DNA from: Anaeromyxobacteraceae bacterium
GTDB lineage: Bacteria > Myxococcota > Myxococcia > Myxococcales > Anaeromyxobacteraceae
Direction of reading: 5' to 3'
Length of the DNA: 64,000 nt
Assembly (NCBI GenBank): GCA_047602405.1
Contig: JASGHJ010000002.1
Span: forward strand, 2,336,001 to 2,400,000
The translations under genes were made by a program, and so were the position numbers. This document shows, piece by piece, positions 7,929 to 19,777 of this stretch. The notes below the pieces were generated by a model. That model saw only the letters and a program-made list of their open reading frames with translations. It ran no database searches and was not told the origin of the DNA. Position 1 is the first letter of the stretch; the number at the start of each line of letters is the position of its first letter.

Positions 7929-9458
7929 TCAGCGCAGCTCCGAGAAGCTGATCCGCACCTTGTGGCGGCCGTCGGGATCGCTCGCGATGACGCCGAGGTC
8001 CTCCACCTGCGCGACCTTGCCCTGGAACGTGTAGGGCGTGGTCCGGGCGGCGAGCGCGTCGACCTGGTCGGCGGGGAACGCGAAGTAGAGCGGGGCCGGG
8101 GTCCCGGCCAGCCAGTGCGAGAAGAGGTACATGACGAGCGCGTGCTCGTGGGAGTGGAACCCGCTCTTCCACTCGTTGCACTTCGAGGTGTCGCCGTCCG
8201 ACCAGTTGAAGTGCCCGCCGCTCCGGTTGATCGAGGCGTAGACCTCCTTCGCGGACTCCCGGCCGATCGTCCGATCGACGAAGTGGTCGACGAACGCCGG
8301 GGCCGTGACGGCGAGCGTGGGCAGCCAGGTCGAGGGGGCGTGCATCGCGAGCGTGGCGGTGAACTGGTCGGCCTCGGCGTAGATCCACCAGTCGGAGCCG
8401 TAGGCGGCGGTGCTGGACGAGGTGGGCCGGTTGCCCCACCAGCCGGTCAAGGGGTCCACCGCGAGCTGGACGTTCGCCGGCGCGTTCGTCGAGACGAACG
8501 CGGCGAACGGGTGATCGTCGAGCCGCTTGTCGATCTGCGTGAGCGCCCAGTAGGCCTTGAGGCCGTGGCCGAAGTCGGCGTGCCGGGAGCCGAAGACGCC
8601 CTTCGTCGCCGTGGTCCCCCACATGAAGCCGTCCTGGAAGAACCGATCCTTCATGGTGGTGCCGAGGGTGCGCAGGTCGCCGAGCAGCTGGGTGCGGCGC
8701 GCCGGGTCGGTGAGCGCCGGCTGCGCGAGCAGCATGAAGGCCGTCACGGGGTCCAGCTGGGCGACGAGCTCCCAGCTGCCGGCGCCGGACATGTACGCCT
8801 CCGCGGTGAGCCCCGCGTTCATGCCGTCCTTGATGCGCTGGTTCGGGGCGTCCCAGTACTTCGCCGGGTCGAAGAGGAGGTCGCGGGTGGCGAGCACCGC
8901 CGCCTCGGCGGCCGGGTCGCGGGTCACGTAGAAGTACGCGGCCGGCCCCATCACCGTGTACGAGAAGTCCTGGGCGAACTTGTCGCCCGTGCCGGACGGC
9001 GCGCCGGTCGCGTCGAGATCGGCATACCAGCCGCCCACCGCCGCGTCCCACGCGTGGTCCTCGAGGAACTTCGCGCCGGCGCGGGCGAGCCCCAGGGCCT
9101 GCTCGTCGCCGGTCATCAGGTACTCGACCGCGTACGCGAACGTCTGCCGCCCCATCATGCGGGGCTTGCGCGCGCCGTTCGAGGTGGTCGCGCCCATCAT
9201 CGTGCGGTAGGTGGGGAAGTTGCCGACGGGCGTGCCCTTCGCCGCGTCCTGCGCCCAGTACGGGGCGAGGTCGCCGGTGAGGTGGGCCGTCCAGCTCGCG
9301 GGGTCGAGGCCCGCGGGCGCCGCCGCCGCGGGCGGCGCGGTGTACGCGTAGGGGTCGGTCGAGTCCGGTCCCGCCTTCTTGTCGGAGCCGCACGCCACGA
9401 GCGCGAGGGCGAGGAGGAGGGCCGCGGGGCGGTGGAGCGTCGTCGTCATGGTCGTCAT
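7929..9458 (-). CDS. AGE-family (N-acylglucosamine/cellobiose 2-epimerase-like) lipoprotein
   Basis: RMMGRQTF, AWDAAVGGWY, FGH, WWIYAE, WKSGFH motifs; LVAC lipobox; start may be 9449. Confidence 0.7.
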   Translation of the reverse strand: MTTMTTTLHRPAALLLALALVACGSDKKAGPDSTDPYAYTAPPAAAAPAGLDPASWTAHLTGDLAPYWAQDAAKGTPVGNFPTYRTMMGATTSNGARKPRMMGRQTFAYAVEYLMTGDEQALGLARAGAKFLEDHAWDAAVGGWYADLDATGAPSGTGDKFAQDFSYTVMGPAAYFYVTRDPAAEAAVLATRDLLFDPAKYWDAPNQRIKDGMNAGLTAEAYMSGAGSWELVAQLDPVTAFMLLAQPALTDPARRTQLLGDLRTLGTTMKDRFFQDGFMWGTTATKGVFGSRHADFGHGLKAYWALTQIDKRLDDHPFAAFVSTNAPANVQLAVDPLTGWWGNRPTSSSTAAYGSDWWIYAEADQFTATLAMHAPSTWLPTLAVTAPAFVDHFVDRTIGRESAKEVYASINRSGGHFNWSDGDTSKCNEWKSGFHSHEHALVMYLFSHWLAGTPAPLYFAFPADQVDALAARTTPYTFQGKVAQVEDLGVIASDPDGRHKVRISFSELR

Positions 9459-9510
9459 CCTCGGCGCGAAGCCGCCGCGCGGGCAGCCACCCACCGTCCG
9501 TGCCTTGCCG

Positions 9511-11299
<1,789 letters not shown>

Positions 11300-11347
11300 T
11301 CGAGTTCTCTCCTCCGCCGCAGGGTATGTGCCGGGTACCCGTTCGCG

Positions 11348-11375
11348 TCAAGCGCCGCGACCACGCCGCGCTTGA
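11348..11375. promoter_or_regulatory. Inverted repeat / back-to-back -35 elements between divergent amylase genes
   Basis: tcaagcgc-N12-gcgcttga; TTGAAC-18-TAGGGT on + strand and TTGACG-17-CATACC on - strand. Confidence 0.4.
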
Positions 11376-11442
11376 ACCCGCTCGGCCTCCGCGCTTAGGG
11401 TCTCTCCGCGCACGACCGCGCCCCTCGAAGCCCGGAGGTCGC

Positions 11443-14086
11443 ATGTCCCCGAAGCTCCGCTCGTCCCTCGCGCTCCTCGCCGCCTGCGCGCTCGCCGCCT
11501 GCGGCTCGAGCGACTCGAAGAAGCCCGACCTCGAGCTGCACGTCCCCTCCCCCGCGTGGGAGGATCAGGTCGTCTACTTCGTCCTGACCGACCGCTTCGC
11601 CGACGGCGATCCCTCCAACGACGATCAGGGCAAGGACGAGTACGACCCCGCCGACGAGGCCAAGTACTCCGGCGGCGACCTGCGCGGCGTGCAGCAGAAG
11701 CTCGACTACATCCAGGGGCTCGGCGCGACCGCGGTCTGGATCACGCCGCCCGTCGCGGCGCAGTGGTGGGACCCGCTCGTCAAGTTCGGCGGCTACCACG
11801 GCTACTGGGCGCGCAACCACAGGAAGGTCGACGAGCACGTGGGCACGCTCGACGACTACAAGGCGCTCTCCGACGCCCTCCACCGGCGCGGGATGTACCT
11901 CATCCAGGACATCGTCCCGAACCACATGGGCAACTTCTTCACGTACCAGGGCGCGTACGATCCGGCCGACCCGACGAAGAACTTCGTGATGAACACGGCC
12001 TCGGTGCCGACCGCGAAGCCCGACCAGGCGCCCTTCGACCAGGACGACGTCCGCGTCGCCGCCCAGCGCACGGCGGGCATCTACCACTGGACCCCGCAGA
12101 ATCACGAACTTCACCGACCCGGTGCAGGAGAAGACCTGGCAGATCTCCGACCTCGACGACCTCGACACCTCGAACCCGGTGGTCCGCACCGCGCTGCGCG
12201 ACTCGTTCGGCTACTGGATCAAGGAGGTCGGCGTCGACGCCTTCCGGGTGGACACCGCGAAGTTCGTCGAGCACGAGTTCTGGAACGACTTCTTCCAGTC
12301 GAGCGACGCCGCCGCGCCCGGCATCAAGGCCGCGGCCGCCTCCACGGGCCGCAACGACTTCCTCGCGTTCGGCGAGGTGTTCGAGGTCTCCGACCCGCTC
12401 GCCGACGGCGGCGAGCAGAAGGTGGCGAGCTACCTCGGGACGGCCGGGGCGCCGGAGCTCCCGTCGGTACTGCAGTTCCCGCTCTACGAGGAGATCGGCC
12501 GCGTCTTCGCGACCGGCGGGCCGACCTCCTGGCTCGGCTACCGGCTCGGCAAGTTCACCGACGGCAGCTACTTCCCGGACCCGAAGCGCATCCCGACCTT
12601 CATCGACAACCACGACGTGCGCCGGTTCCTCTCCATCGGGACGCAGAAGGGCCTGTCCCAGGCGCTCGCGTTCATGTTCACCATCCCCGGCATCCCGGTC
12701 GTCTACTACGGCACGGAGCAGGCGTTCGCCGAGACCCGCGACGCCATGTTCAAGGGCGGCAACACGAAGAAGGGCGTCCGCGACGCGGACGCGTTCGACG
12801 CGACCGCGCCGGTCTACCAGGTGCTGAAGGACCTCGCGGCGCTGCGCAAGGCCAACCCCGCGCTCACCCGCGGCGCGACGGCGGTGATCGCCCAGAGCGA
12901 GACGCCCGGCGCCTTCGCCTACCGGCGCTCGTACCAGGGCGCCGACCTCCTCGTGCTCATGAACACGGCCGACGAGCCGGTGCTGTACTCGGACGTCTCG
13001 ACCGGGCTCGCGGCGGGAAGCCAGCTGCAGCTCCTCTACGGCCTCGAGGCGCCGGCGGAGCTGCCGGTCGTCGCCGCCGGCGGCAAGCTCACCACCATCC
13101 TGCCGGGCCGCTCGGTCGTCGTCGCGAAGGCGAGCGGCACCACCACCGTGCCGACGCCGACCGTGACGATCACGGTCGACACGGCCATCGAGGGGAAGAC
13201 CTTCACCGACGACGTCGTCATCTCCGGCACGGTCAGCCCCGCCGACGCGCCGCTCAGCATGATCGTCGACGGGCTCATCAACCAGTCGGTGGCCGTGACG
13301 CGCGGCCAGGGCGGCGCGTGGACCGCCACCCTCCCCGTGTCGCTCTTCCCGGTCGGGGTCGAGAAGCACTCGGTGGCCTTCTACTCCGCGGCCGCGAAGG
13401 TCTCCTCGCCGCGCTACCAGTTCACGACGAGCGTCGTGTTCGTGGGCAGCGTGCTCGAGGTGGACGACGCGACCGGCGACGACAAGGGGCCGGGCGGGAC
13501 GTACCTCTACCCGACCGACACCACCTTCGGCTCGCAGATGGACGTCGCGCACGTCACCGCCGAGGTCGGGGTCACGACCCTGAAGCTCAAGGTCCGGATG
13601 GCGGACTGGACGACGGTCTGGAACCCCTCGCTCGGGTTCGACCACGTCGCCTTCAACGTCTACTTCCAGGTGCCCGGGCAGGCGGGCAAGACGGCGCTGC
13701 CGAAGCTGAACGCGAGCGCGCCGGCCGGCTTCACCTGGCGGTACGCGCAGTTCACCTACGGCTGGTCGAACGCGATGTACAGCTCGACGGACGCGACCGC
13801 GGACGCGTACGGCGGCAACGTCCCGGCGCCCTCGGTGTCGGCGGACGCGGCCACGAAGACCGTCACGTTCACGTACAACCGGAACGCCTACGGGCTCGCG
13901 AGCTGGACCGGCGTGAAGGTCTGGATCGCGACCTGGGACTTCGACGGCATCGGCGCGTCGTTCCGGAAGATCTTCGCGACGGCGCACCCGTACGACATGG
14001 CCGGCGGCACCGTGAGCTGCAACGACACGGACGGCTGCCTGGATCCCCGGATCATGGACTCGGTCGGGCCGATCACCTTCCCGTGA
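11443..14086 (+). CDS. GH13 alpha-amylase lipoprotein with C-terminal glucodextranase DOMON-like domain; one frameshift near 12100
   Basis: GGAGG RBS, LAAC lipobox, YFVLTDRF, YHGYW, DIVPNH, DAFRVDTA, FGEV, FIDNHD, DATGDDKGPGGTYLYP; removing one A joins the two frames. Confidence 0.85.
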
Positions 14087-14093
14087 AACGCGA

Positions 14094-14121
14094 AGGGGGC
14101 CGCGCGGACGGGCGGCCCCCT
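14094..14121. terminator. Hairpin between convergent amylase and pullulanase genes
   Basis: agggggccgc-N8-gcggccccct. Confidence 0.5.
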
Positions 14122-14162
14122 CACCTGGCCTCTCCCCCCGCTGGCGCGGGGGGAGAGGGAGG
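14116..14162 (+). repeat. REP-like palindrome, family B
   Basis: ccccctcacc..cctctcccc..ggggagagggagg; related copy on - strand at 37809-37855. Confidence 0.7.
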
Positions 14163-14171
14163 CGTTCCGAT

Positions 14172-17100
14172 CTAGTTGGCAGTCCGGGTGTTGCACGGCA
14201 GGCCGGCGCCCTGCGCGCCCGCCTGGGCCTTCTCGAACACCGCGGTGGTGCGGGCCGGCACGGTGAACGAGGTGCCGGTCGCGGTCGCCGTCTTGACCAC
14301 CGCGTCGCCGCCGTTCGCCTGGATGGCCGCGAGGGCGAAGCCGCTCGCGCCGGGCACGGTCATCGTGTGCGAGACCTTGTCGGCGTTCAGGATGACCACG
14401 ATGGCCTCGCGGGTCGGGTCGAGGTCCGCGCCGGCGCAGGTCCCGTCGGTGATGGTCTGCACGACGACGCCCGGCACCTGCGCCGAGCCGCCGTTCTGGT
14501 AGTCGACGCGGGTCATGACGTCGGCCTTGGTGCGCAGGCGGAAGAGCGGCGAGCTCTTGCGCAGGCGGAGGAGCTCGTCGAAGTGCTGCTTCCCGGCCGC
14601 GATGTCGGCGGGCGCCGGGGCGATCGAGGCGTCGGCGAGCAGGGTCTGGATGAGCGGCCAGTTCGCCTGGTCCTTGCCCGCGTTGGGGAGCCCGCTCTTC
14701 CAGCCGTTCTTCTGGAACGTCCAGTCCACGCGGTTGAACCAGTCGCCCGAGTCGTACGAGTCCCGCTCCATCGACTTCGAGCGGAGGAGCTCGTCGGCCA
14801 TGTGGAAGAACGGGATCCCCTGGCCGAGCGCGACGGTGTCGAGGGCGAGGTTGGACATCCGCACCCGGTCCGCCATCGCCATCCCCGCGGGCAGCTTGTA
14901 CTGGAGGATGTCGAAGAGGGTCTGGTTGTCGTGCGCGGAGGCGTAGTTGATGGCCTCCTGCGGGTCGGCCGTGTAGCCCGCCGGCGCGCCGTTGTAGCCC
15001 ACCGTGCCGCCCACGTTCACGTGGTCGTCCCGCTGGAGGAGCATGAAGTCCTTCAGGTTGCCGGCCATCGCGACCTTGATGAGGTCGGTCGAGAGCAGGA
15101 GCTTCGCCTTCCAGTCGGTCGCGGTGTCGGCGGTGGCCTTGTCGTTCGGGTCGGTGTAGAGGCCGCTCGCGAAGCCCTGGTTCTTGCGGAGCGGGGCGCC
15201 GGCGTCGGTGGCGTTGTCGAACGGGCCGCCGCCGCGGACGGCGTCGCGGAGCCGGTCGTTGAAGGTGCCGACGCCGGTGCCGGCCATCGCGCGCTGGGTG
15301 GCGTTCACGCCGCGGGCCTGGGCCTGCACCTCGCCCATGTCCCAGCCCTCGCCGTAGACGTAGATCTTCGAGCCGTCCACGCCGTCGGCGGCGACCGTGA
15401 GCGCCTGGAGCGCCGCCTGCGCCGCGACGACGTCGGCCTTCATGTGGAGCCCCATGAGATCCCAGCGGAAGCCGTCGACCTTGTAGTCGCGCGCCCAGCG
15501 CACCATGGTGTCCACCATGAGCCGCCGCATCATGGCGTGCTCGCTCGCGGTGTTGGCGCAGCAGCTCGAGGTGAGGACGAAGCCGGTGTCGGCGTCGCGG
15601 CGGTGGTAGTAGCCGGGCACGACCTTGTCGAGGACCGACTTCGGCGAGAGGCCGGACGCGTTGGTGTGGTTGTAGACGACGTCCATCACGGTCCTGAGGC
15701 CGATGTCCGAGAGCCCCTTCACCATCTGGCGGAACTCGAGGATGCGGGCGGTCCCCTCGGCCGTGGAGGCGTAGCTGCCCTCCGGCACGCCGTAGTGGAG
15801 CGGGTCGTAGCCCCAGTTGAACCCGTCGACGAGGTGCAGCTGGTTCGCGATCACCTGCTGGCTCTCGGAGTCGCCCGCGAGGCTCTGGAAGACCTCCCAG
15901 ATCGTCATCGCGGTGGTCTTGTACTGGTTGCAGAGCGCGGTCTCGGCCGCGTTCGAGGGCGGCACCGCCGTGCAGAGCTTCGCGTAGGTGTCGGGCACGT
16001 CGACCCGCGCCGCCGGGTCCTCGAGCACGGTCGCGATGTCGAACACCGGCAGGAGGTGGGCGTGGGTGAGGCCCGCCTGCGCGAGCGCCTGCAGGTACGC
16101 GAGGCCGTTCGACTGCGCCTGGCCCTGCGGCGTGACGAAGCCGAGGTACTTGCCGCGCGCGGCCGCCGGCGCGGTCGCGTCGGACTGGCTGAAGTCGCGG
16201 ACGTGCGTCTCGTAGACGACGACGTCCTCCGGCGCCGCGAGGGCGGGCTTCGCGAGCGCGTCCCAGCCGGCGGGCTTCAACGCCGCGTCGGAGAGGTCGA
16301 CGAGCTGCGAGTAGAGCGAGTCGGTCGAGAGGCTCACCGCGTACGGATCGGTGACCGTGAGCGTCTCGATGGCGTCGGTCTCCCAGTGGTAGACCTTCAC
16401 GACGTACCGGTAGAACTTGCCCTTCAGCGCCGCGGTCCCGGTGTACGACCAGACGCCCTTCGCGTCCGCCGTCAGGTCGTGCGACTCCTCCTCGGCCTTC
16501 GCGGCCGAGTAGATCTTGAGCGTGACCGCCTGGGCGGTGGGGGCCCAGAGCGAGAGCGTGGGGTTGCCGCCCGCCCAGGTGATCCCGAGCGGCTCGCCGT
16601 TGGCGTAGAGCGCGTCGATCGCGAACGGCGCCTGGACCTTCGTCGCCTGGAAGAGCGACCCGTCCGCCTTCTTCGCGACCGCGACGAGCTGCCCCTTGAG
16701 CGCGGCCTTCGCGGCCGCGTCGGCGGCGCCTGCCCAGCCGACGTCGAACGCCTTGAAGCCGGCGAGGTGGGGCACGGCGTCGAGGATCGCCTGCGGGACC
16801 GCGGCGGTGCGCGGGGTGAGCGTCACCGCGGTGCCGCCGGTGACCGCGCCGTCCGCGACCTTCACGGCGGCGGTGTCGGAGGTGCGCAGCTCGAACTGGG
16901 TGGCGGACGCGTCGGTGACGTTCCAGAGCACGATGCCCGGCGCGACGAGGTGCGCCGCGGCCCCCGCGAGCTCGACCACGCCGGCCTTGCGCGGCTTCGT
17001 CGAGATCGCCGGCGACCCGGTGACCATGAAGATGACGTTGCCTTGGACGGTCGGATCCCAGTCGGTGATGTCCGGGCCGGGGTCCTTCGTGTCGCCCTTG

Positions 17101-17714
17101 TGGATGATGAAGCAGACCCGGCCGGCGGGGCAGTTCCCGTTCGGCGAGTCCTTCGTGAGGTCGACGAGGAAGCCGGCGCCGAACGTGTCGTCGGCGGCGC
17201 CGGTCGGCTGCACCGGGATGCTCCACTGCGTGTTCTTGGCCTGGTCACCCCAGACGTGCAGCCCCCAGCCGCCGTAGGCCTTGTCGGTGCGCAGGTAGTA
17301 CAGCGCGACCTGGTTCGCGCCCGGCACCGCCGGGAGCTGCGCCGGCGCGACGATGTTCGAGTCCTGCACGACGTACGCGACCCGCGCGTCCCCCGAGACG
17401 TCGATGGTGTGCGCGCCGCCCGCGTCGGCGGTGCCGCCCTTCTTCAGCGTGAAGGTGAGCGCCGTCGCCCCCTGCGAGAGCTCGAGCGAGTAGACCGCGC
17501 CCCAGCCATCCGTGGAGGTGGAGGCGACGCTCGTGCTGGCGGAGCCCGCGCTGACCTCGGCGGTCCAGCCGGCGTAGGTGGCGTCCGGGCGGTGGTAGTG
17601 GATCGTGAAGGTGCTCGAGGCGGGCGGCGTGCCGCCGTCGGACTTCTTGCCGCCTCCGCTGCAGGCGACGAGCGCGGACGCGATCACGGCGAGGGCGATG
17701 CGGGTGCGGGTCAT
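14172..17714 (-). CDS. pulA: Pullulanase (GH13 alpha-1,6-glucosidase) lipoprotein
   Basis: LVAC lipobox; CBM41-like HYHRPDATYAGW and YGGWGLHVW; FNWGYDP, DVVYNHT, DGFRWDLMG, YGEGW, SAHDNQTL. Confidence 0.9.
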   Translation of the reverse strand: MTRTRIALAVIASALVACSGGGKKSDGGTPPASSTFTIHYHRPDATYAGWTAEVSAGSASTSVASTSTDGWGAVYSLELSQGATALTFTLKKGGTADAGGAHTIDVSGDARVAYVVQDSNIVAPAQLPAVPGANQVALYYLRTDKAYGGWGLHVWGDQAKNTQWSIPVQPTGAADDTFGAGFLVDLTKDSPNGNCPAGRVCFIIHKGDTKDPGPDITDWDPTVQGNVIFMVTGSPAISTKPRKAGVVELAGAAAHLVAPGIVLWNVTDASATQFELRTSDTAAVKVADGAVTGGTAVTLTPRTAAVPQAILDAVPHLAGFKAFDVGWAGAADAAAKAALKGQLVAVAKKADGSLFQATKVQAPFAIDALYANGEPLGITWAGGNPTLSLWAPTAQAVTLKIYSAAKAEEESHDLTADAKGVWSYTGTAALKGKFYRYVVKVYHWETDAIETLTVTDPYAVSLSTDSLYSQLVDLSDAALKPAGWDALAKPALAAPEDVVVYETHVRDFSQSDATAPAAARGKYLGFVTPQGQAQSNGLAYLQALAQAGLTHAHLLPVFDIATVLEDPAARVDVPDTYAKLCTAVPPSNAAETALCNQYKTTAMTIWEVFQSLAGDSESQQVIANQLHLVDGFNWGYDPLHYGVPEGSYASTAEGTARILEFRQMVKGLSDIGLRTVMDVVYNHTNASGLSPKSVLDKVVPGYYHRRDADTGFVLTSSCCANTASEHAMMRRLMVDTMVRWARDYKVDGFRWDLMGLHMKADVVAAQAALQALTVAADGVDGSKIYVYGEGWDMGEVQAQARGVNATQRAMAGTGVGTFNDRLRDAVRGGGPFDNATDAGAPLRKNQGFASGLYTDPNDKATADTATDWKAKLLLSTDLIKVAMAGNLKDFMLLQRDDHVNVGGTVGYNGAPAGYTADPQEAINYASAHDNQTLFDILQYKLPAGMAMADRVRMSNLALDTVALGQGIPFFHMADELLRSKSMERDSYDSGDWFNRVDWTFQKNGWKSGLPNAGKDQANWPLIQTLLADASIAPAPADIAAGKQHFDELLRLRKSSPLFRLRTKADVMTRVDYQNGGSAQVPGVVVQTITDGTCAGADLDPTREAIVVILNADKVSHTMTVPGASGFALAAIQANGGDAVVKTATATGTSFTVPARTTAVFEKAQAGAQGAGLPCNTRTAN

Positions 17715-18154
17715 GCAGGGCTCCGGTCGGGGTTTCGGGCACCGGCATAGAGCCTCTCCCGCCGCGACGCAACCGGGGGTCTCACCTCCCCCGCGGCTGC
17801 GCCGCAGCGCGCGGGGCTCGGGCCGCCCGTTCGAGCCCCGCCGCACCGAGGAGGTGAGGCTCGGGCGCGCCGCCCCGTTCAGGTACATCGGTCGATCGGC
17901 GCGGCTCGCCCCACCACCTCGTTGCTCGCGACCCAGGCAACCAACTTCGACACGCTGCGGCATCACACCGCGCGAGCCTCGAGAACGCGTCGTCTCCGCG
18001 CTCCGCTGGTCGATTTGTTGGCTTGTGGAGATCCGGACCCGGCGGTAAACAACCAAACGCGTTCGACACCAGGGTCATTCTCGCGCTGTCGCCCTCCCTG
18101 CGGCATCGCGAGACACGGCTCGGGAGGACATGGTTGCCGCAGTCGCTTCTCCGG

Positions 18155-19762
18155 ATGGGGTTTCGGGCCTCCATCCTGACGATGCTGGCGGTCACCGTCG
18201 CCTGCGGGGGAAAGGCCGAGAAGCTCTCGGGCCAGAACCCTCAGGACGGCAGGTGGGGCGATCGCGTTTTCTACGAGGTCTTCGTCCGGAGCTTCGCCGA
18301 CTCGAACGGCGACGGCCGGGGCGATCTCGCGGGGCTCACGGCGCGGCTCGACCAGCTCAACGACGGCGACCCGTCCACCTCGACCGACCTCGGCGTGGAG
18401 GCGCTCTGGCTCATGCCGATCATGACCTCGCCGAGCTACCACGGCTACGACGTCACGAACTACGTCGAGGTCGAGCCCGACTACGGCACGCTCGCCGACT
18501 TCGACGCCCTCACGGCCGCCGCGCACGCCCGGGGGATCAAGGTCATCCTCGACTTCGTCGCGAACCACACCTCGAGCCAGCACCCCTGGTTCGTCGACTC
18601 GGTGCAGGGCGTCGGCGGCCGGCGGGACTGGTACGAGTGGAGCGCCACCGACCCCGGCTGGAAGCGGCCCTGGGACGGGGCGAGCGGCACGTGGCACCCG
18701 CAGAACGGCGCCTGGTACTACGGGGTGTTCACGGCGAGCATGCCCGACCTGAAGCTCGACACGCCCGCCGTCGAGGACGCCCTCGTCTCGGCGATGACGT
18801 TCTGGCTCGACCACGGCGCCGACGGCTTCCGGCTCGACGCCGCGCGCTACCTCGTGGAGACGGGGCCCGGCGCCGGTCAGGCGGACAGCGACGCCACGCA
18901 CGCCTTCCTGAAGCGGCTCCGCGCGCGACTCGCGGTGAAGCACGCGGACGTCTTCCTGGTCGGCGAGGTCTGGACCGCGCTCGAGCGCGCCGCCCTCTAC
19001 CGCGGCGCCGGCGACGAGCTCTCGGCCGTCTTCGCGTTCGACGCCGCCGCCGCGACGGTCTCGGGGCTCGCCTCCGGCAACGCCGGCAACCTCTCCGCCG
19101 CCCTCGGCCGCGCGAACGCGGCGCTCCCGGGCCACGTCGACTTCCAGGCCCCGTTCCTCACGAACCACGACCAGGTCCGGATCGCGCGCCAGGTGGGCGG
19201 CGAGGCCGCCGCGCTGCGCCTCGGCGCCGCGATCCTGCTCGCGCAGCCCGGCCCGCCGTTCCTGTACTACGGCGAGGAGCTCGGGATGATGGGCGGGGCC
19301 TCGTCGGACGACCGCGACAAGCGGACGCCGATGCGCTGGGACGCGGCGCTCCCGTACGCCGGCTTCACGACCGGGAGCCCGTGGTACCTGGGCGCGGACG
19401 AGGCGGCCGGCGTGGACGTCGCGGCGCAGCGGGTGGACCCCGGCTCCCTCTGGAACCTCTACCGGCGGCTCATCGCCCTGCGCAGGGCCACCCCCGCGCT
19501 CGCCGGCGGCGACCTCGCCCTGCCCTCCGCCACCGGGGGCGGCGACGGCCTGCTCGCGCTCGTGCGGACCCTCGACGGGAAGCGGGTCCTCTTCGTCGCG
19601 AACCTCGGGAAGGCCCCGACCGGCGCCTTCACCTTGAACGTCCAGGGCACCCCGACCGTCCTCCTCGCGGAGGGGCTGTCCACCCCGCCCTCGCCCGCCG
19701 CGGGCGCGCTCGCCTTCCCCGACCTCGCCGCGCGCGGCTGGGCCTACCTCACGCTCAACTGA
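18155..19762 (+). CDS. GH13 alpha-amylase family lipoprotein
   Basis: VTVAC lipobox, YEVFVRSFADSNGDG, SYHGYDV, DFVANH, DGFRLDAA, VGEVW, FLTNHD. Confidence 0.9.
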   Translation: MGFRASILTMLAVTVACGGKAEKLSGQNPQDGRWGDRVFYEVFVRSFADSNGDGRGDLAGLTARLDQLNDGDPSTSTDLGVEALWLMPIMTSPSYHGYDVTNYVEVEPDYGTLADFDALTAAAHARGIKVILDFVANHTSSQHPWFVDSVQGVGGRRDWYEWSATDPGWKRPWDGASGTWHPQNGAWYYGVFTASMPDLKLDTPAVEDALVSAMTFWLDHGADGFRLDAARYLVETGPGAGQADSDATHAFLKRLRARLAVKHADVFLVGEVWTALERAALYRGAGDELSAVFAFDAAAATVSGLASGNAGNLSAALGRANAALPGHVDFQAPFLTNHDQVRIARQVGGEAAALRLGAAILLAQPGPPFLYYGEELGMMGGASSDDRDKRTPMRWDAALPYAGFTTGSPWYLGADEAAGVDVAAQRVDPGSLWNLYRRLIALRRATPALAGGDLALPSATGGGDGLLALVRTLDGKRVLFVANLGKAPTGAFTLNVQGTPTVLLAEGLSTPPSPAAGALAFPDLAARGWAYLTLN

Positions 19763-19777
19763 ACCAGGAGACTCGAG

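Noticed and set aside
17811..17841. Riboswitch in the pulA leader
   Set aside because: Only one hairpin; no recognisable aptamer consensus or U tract
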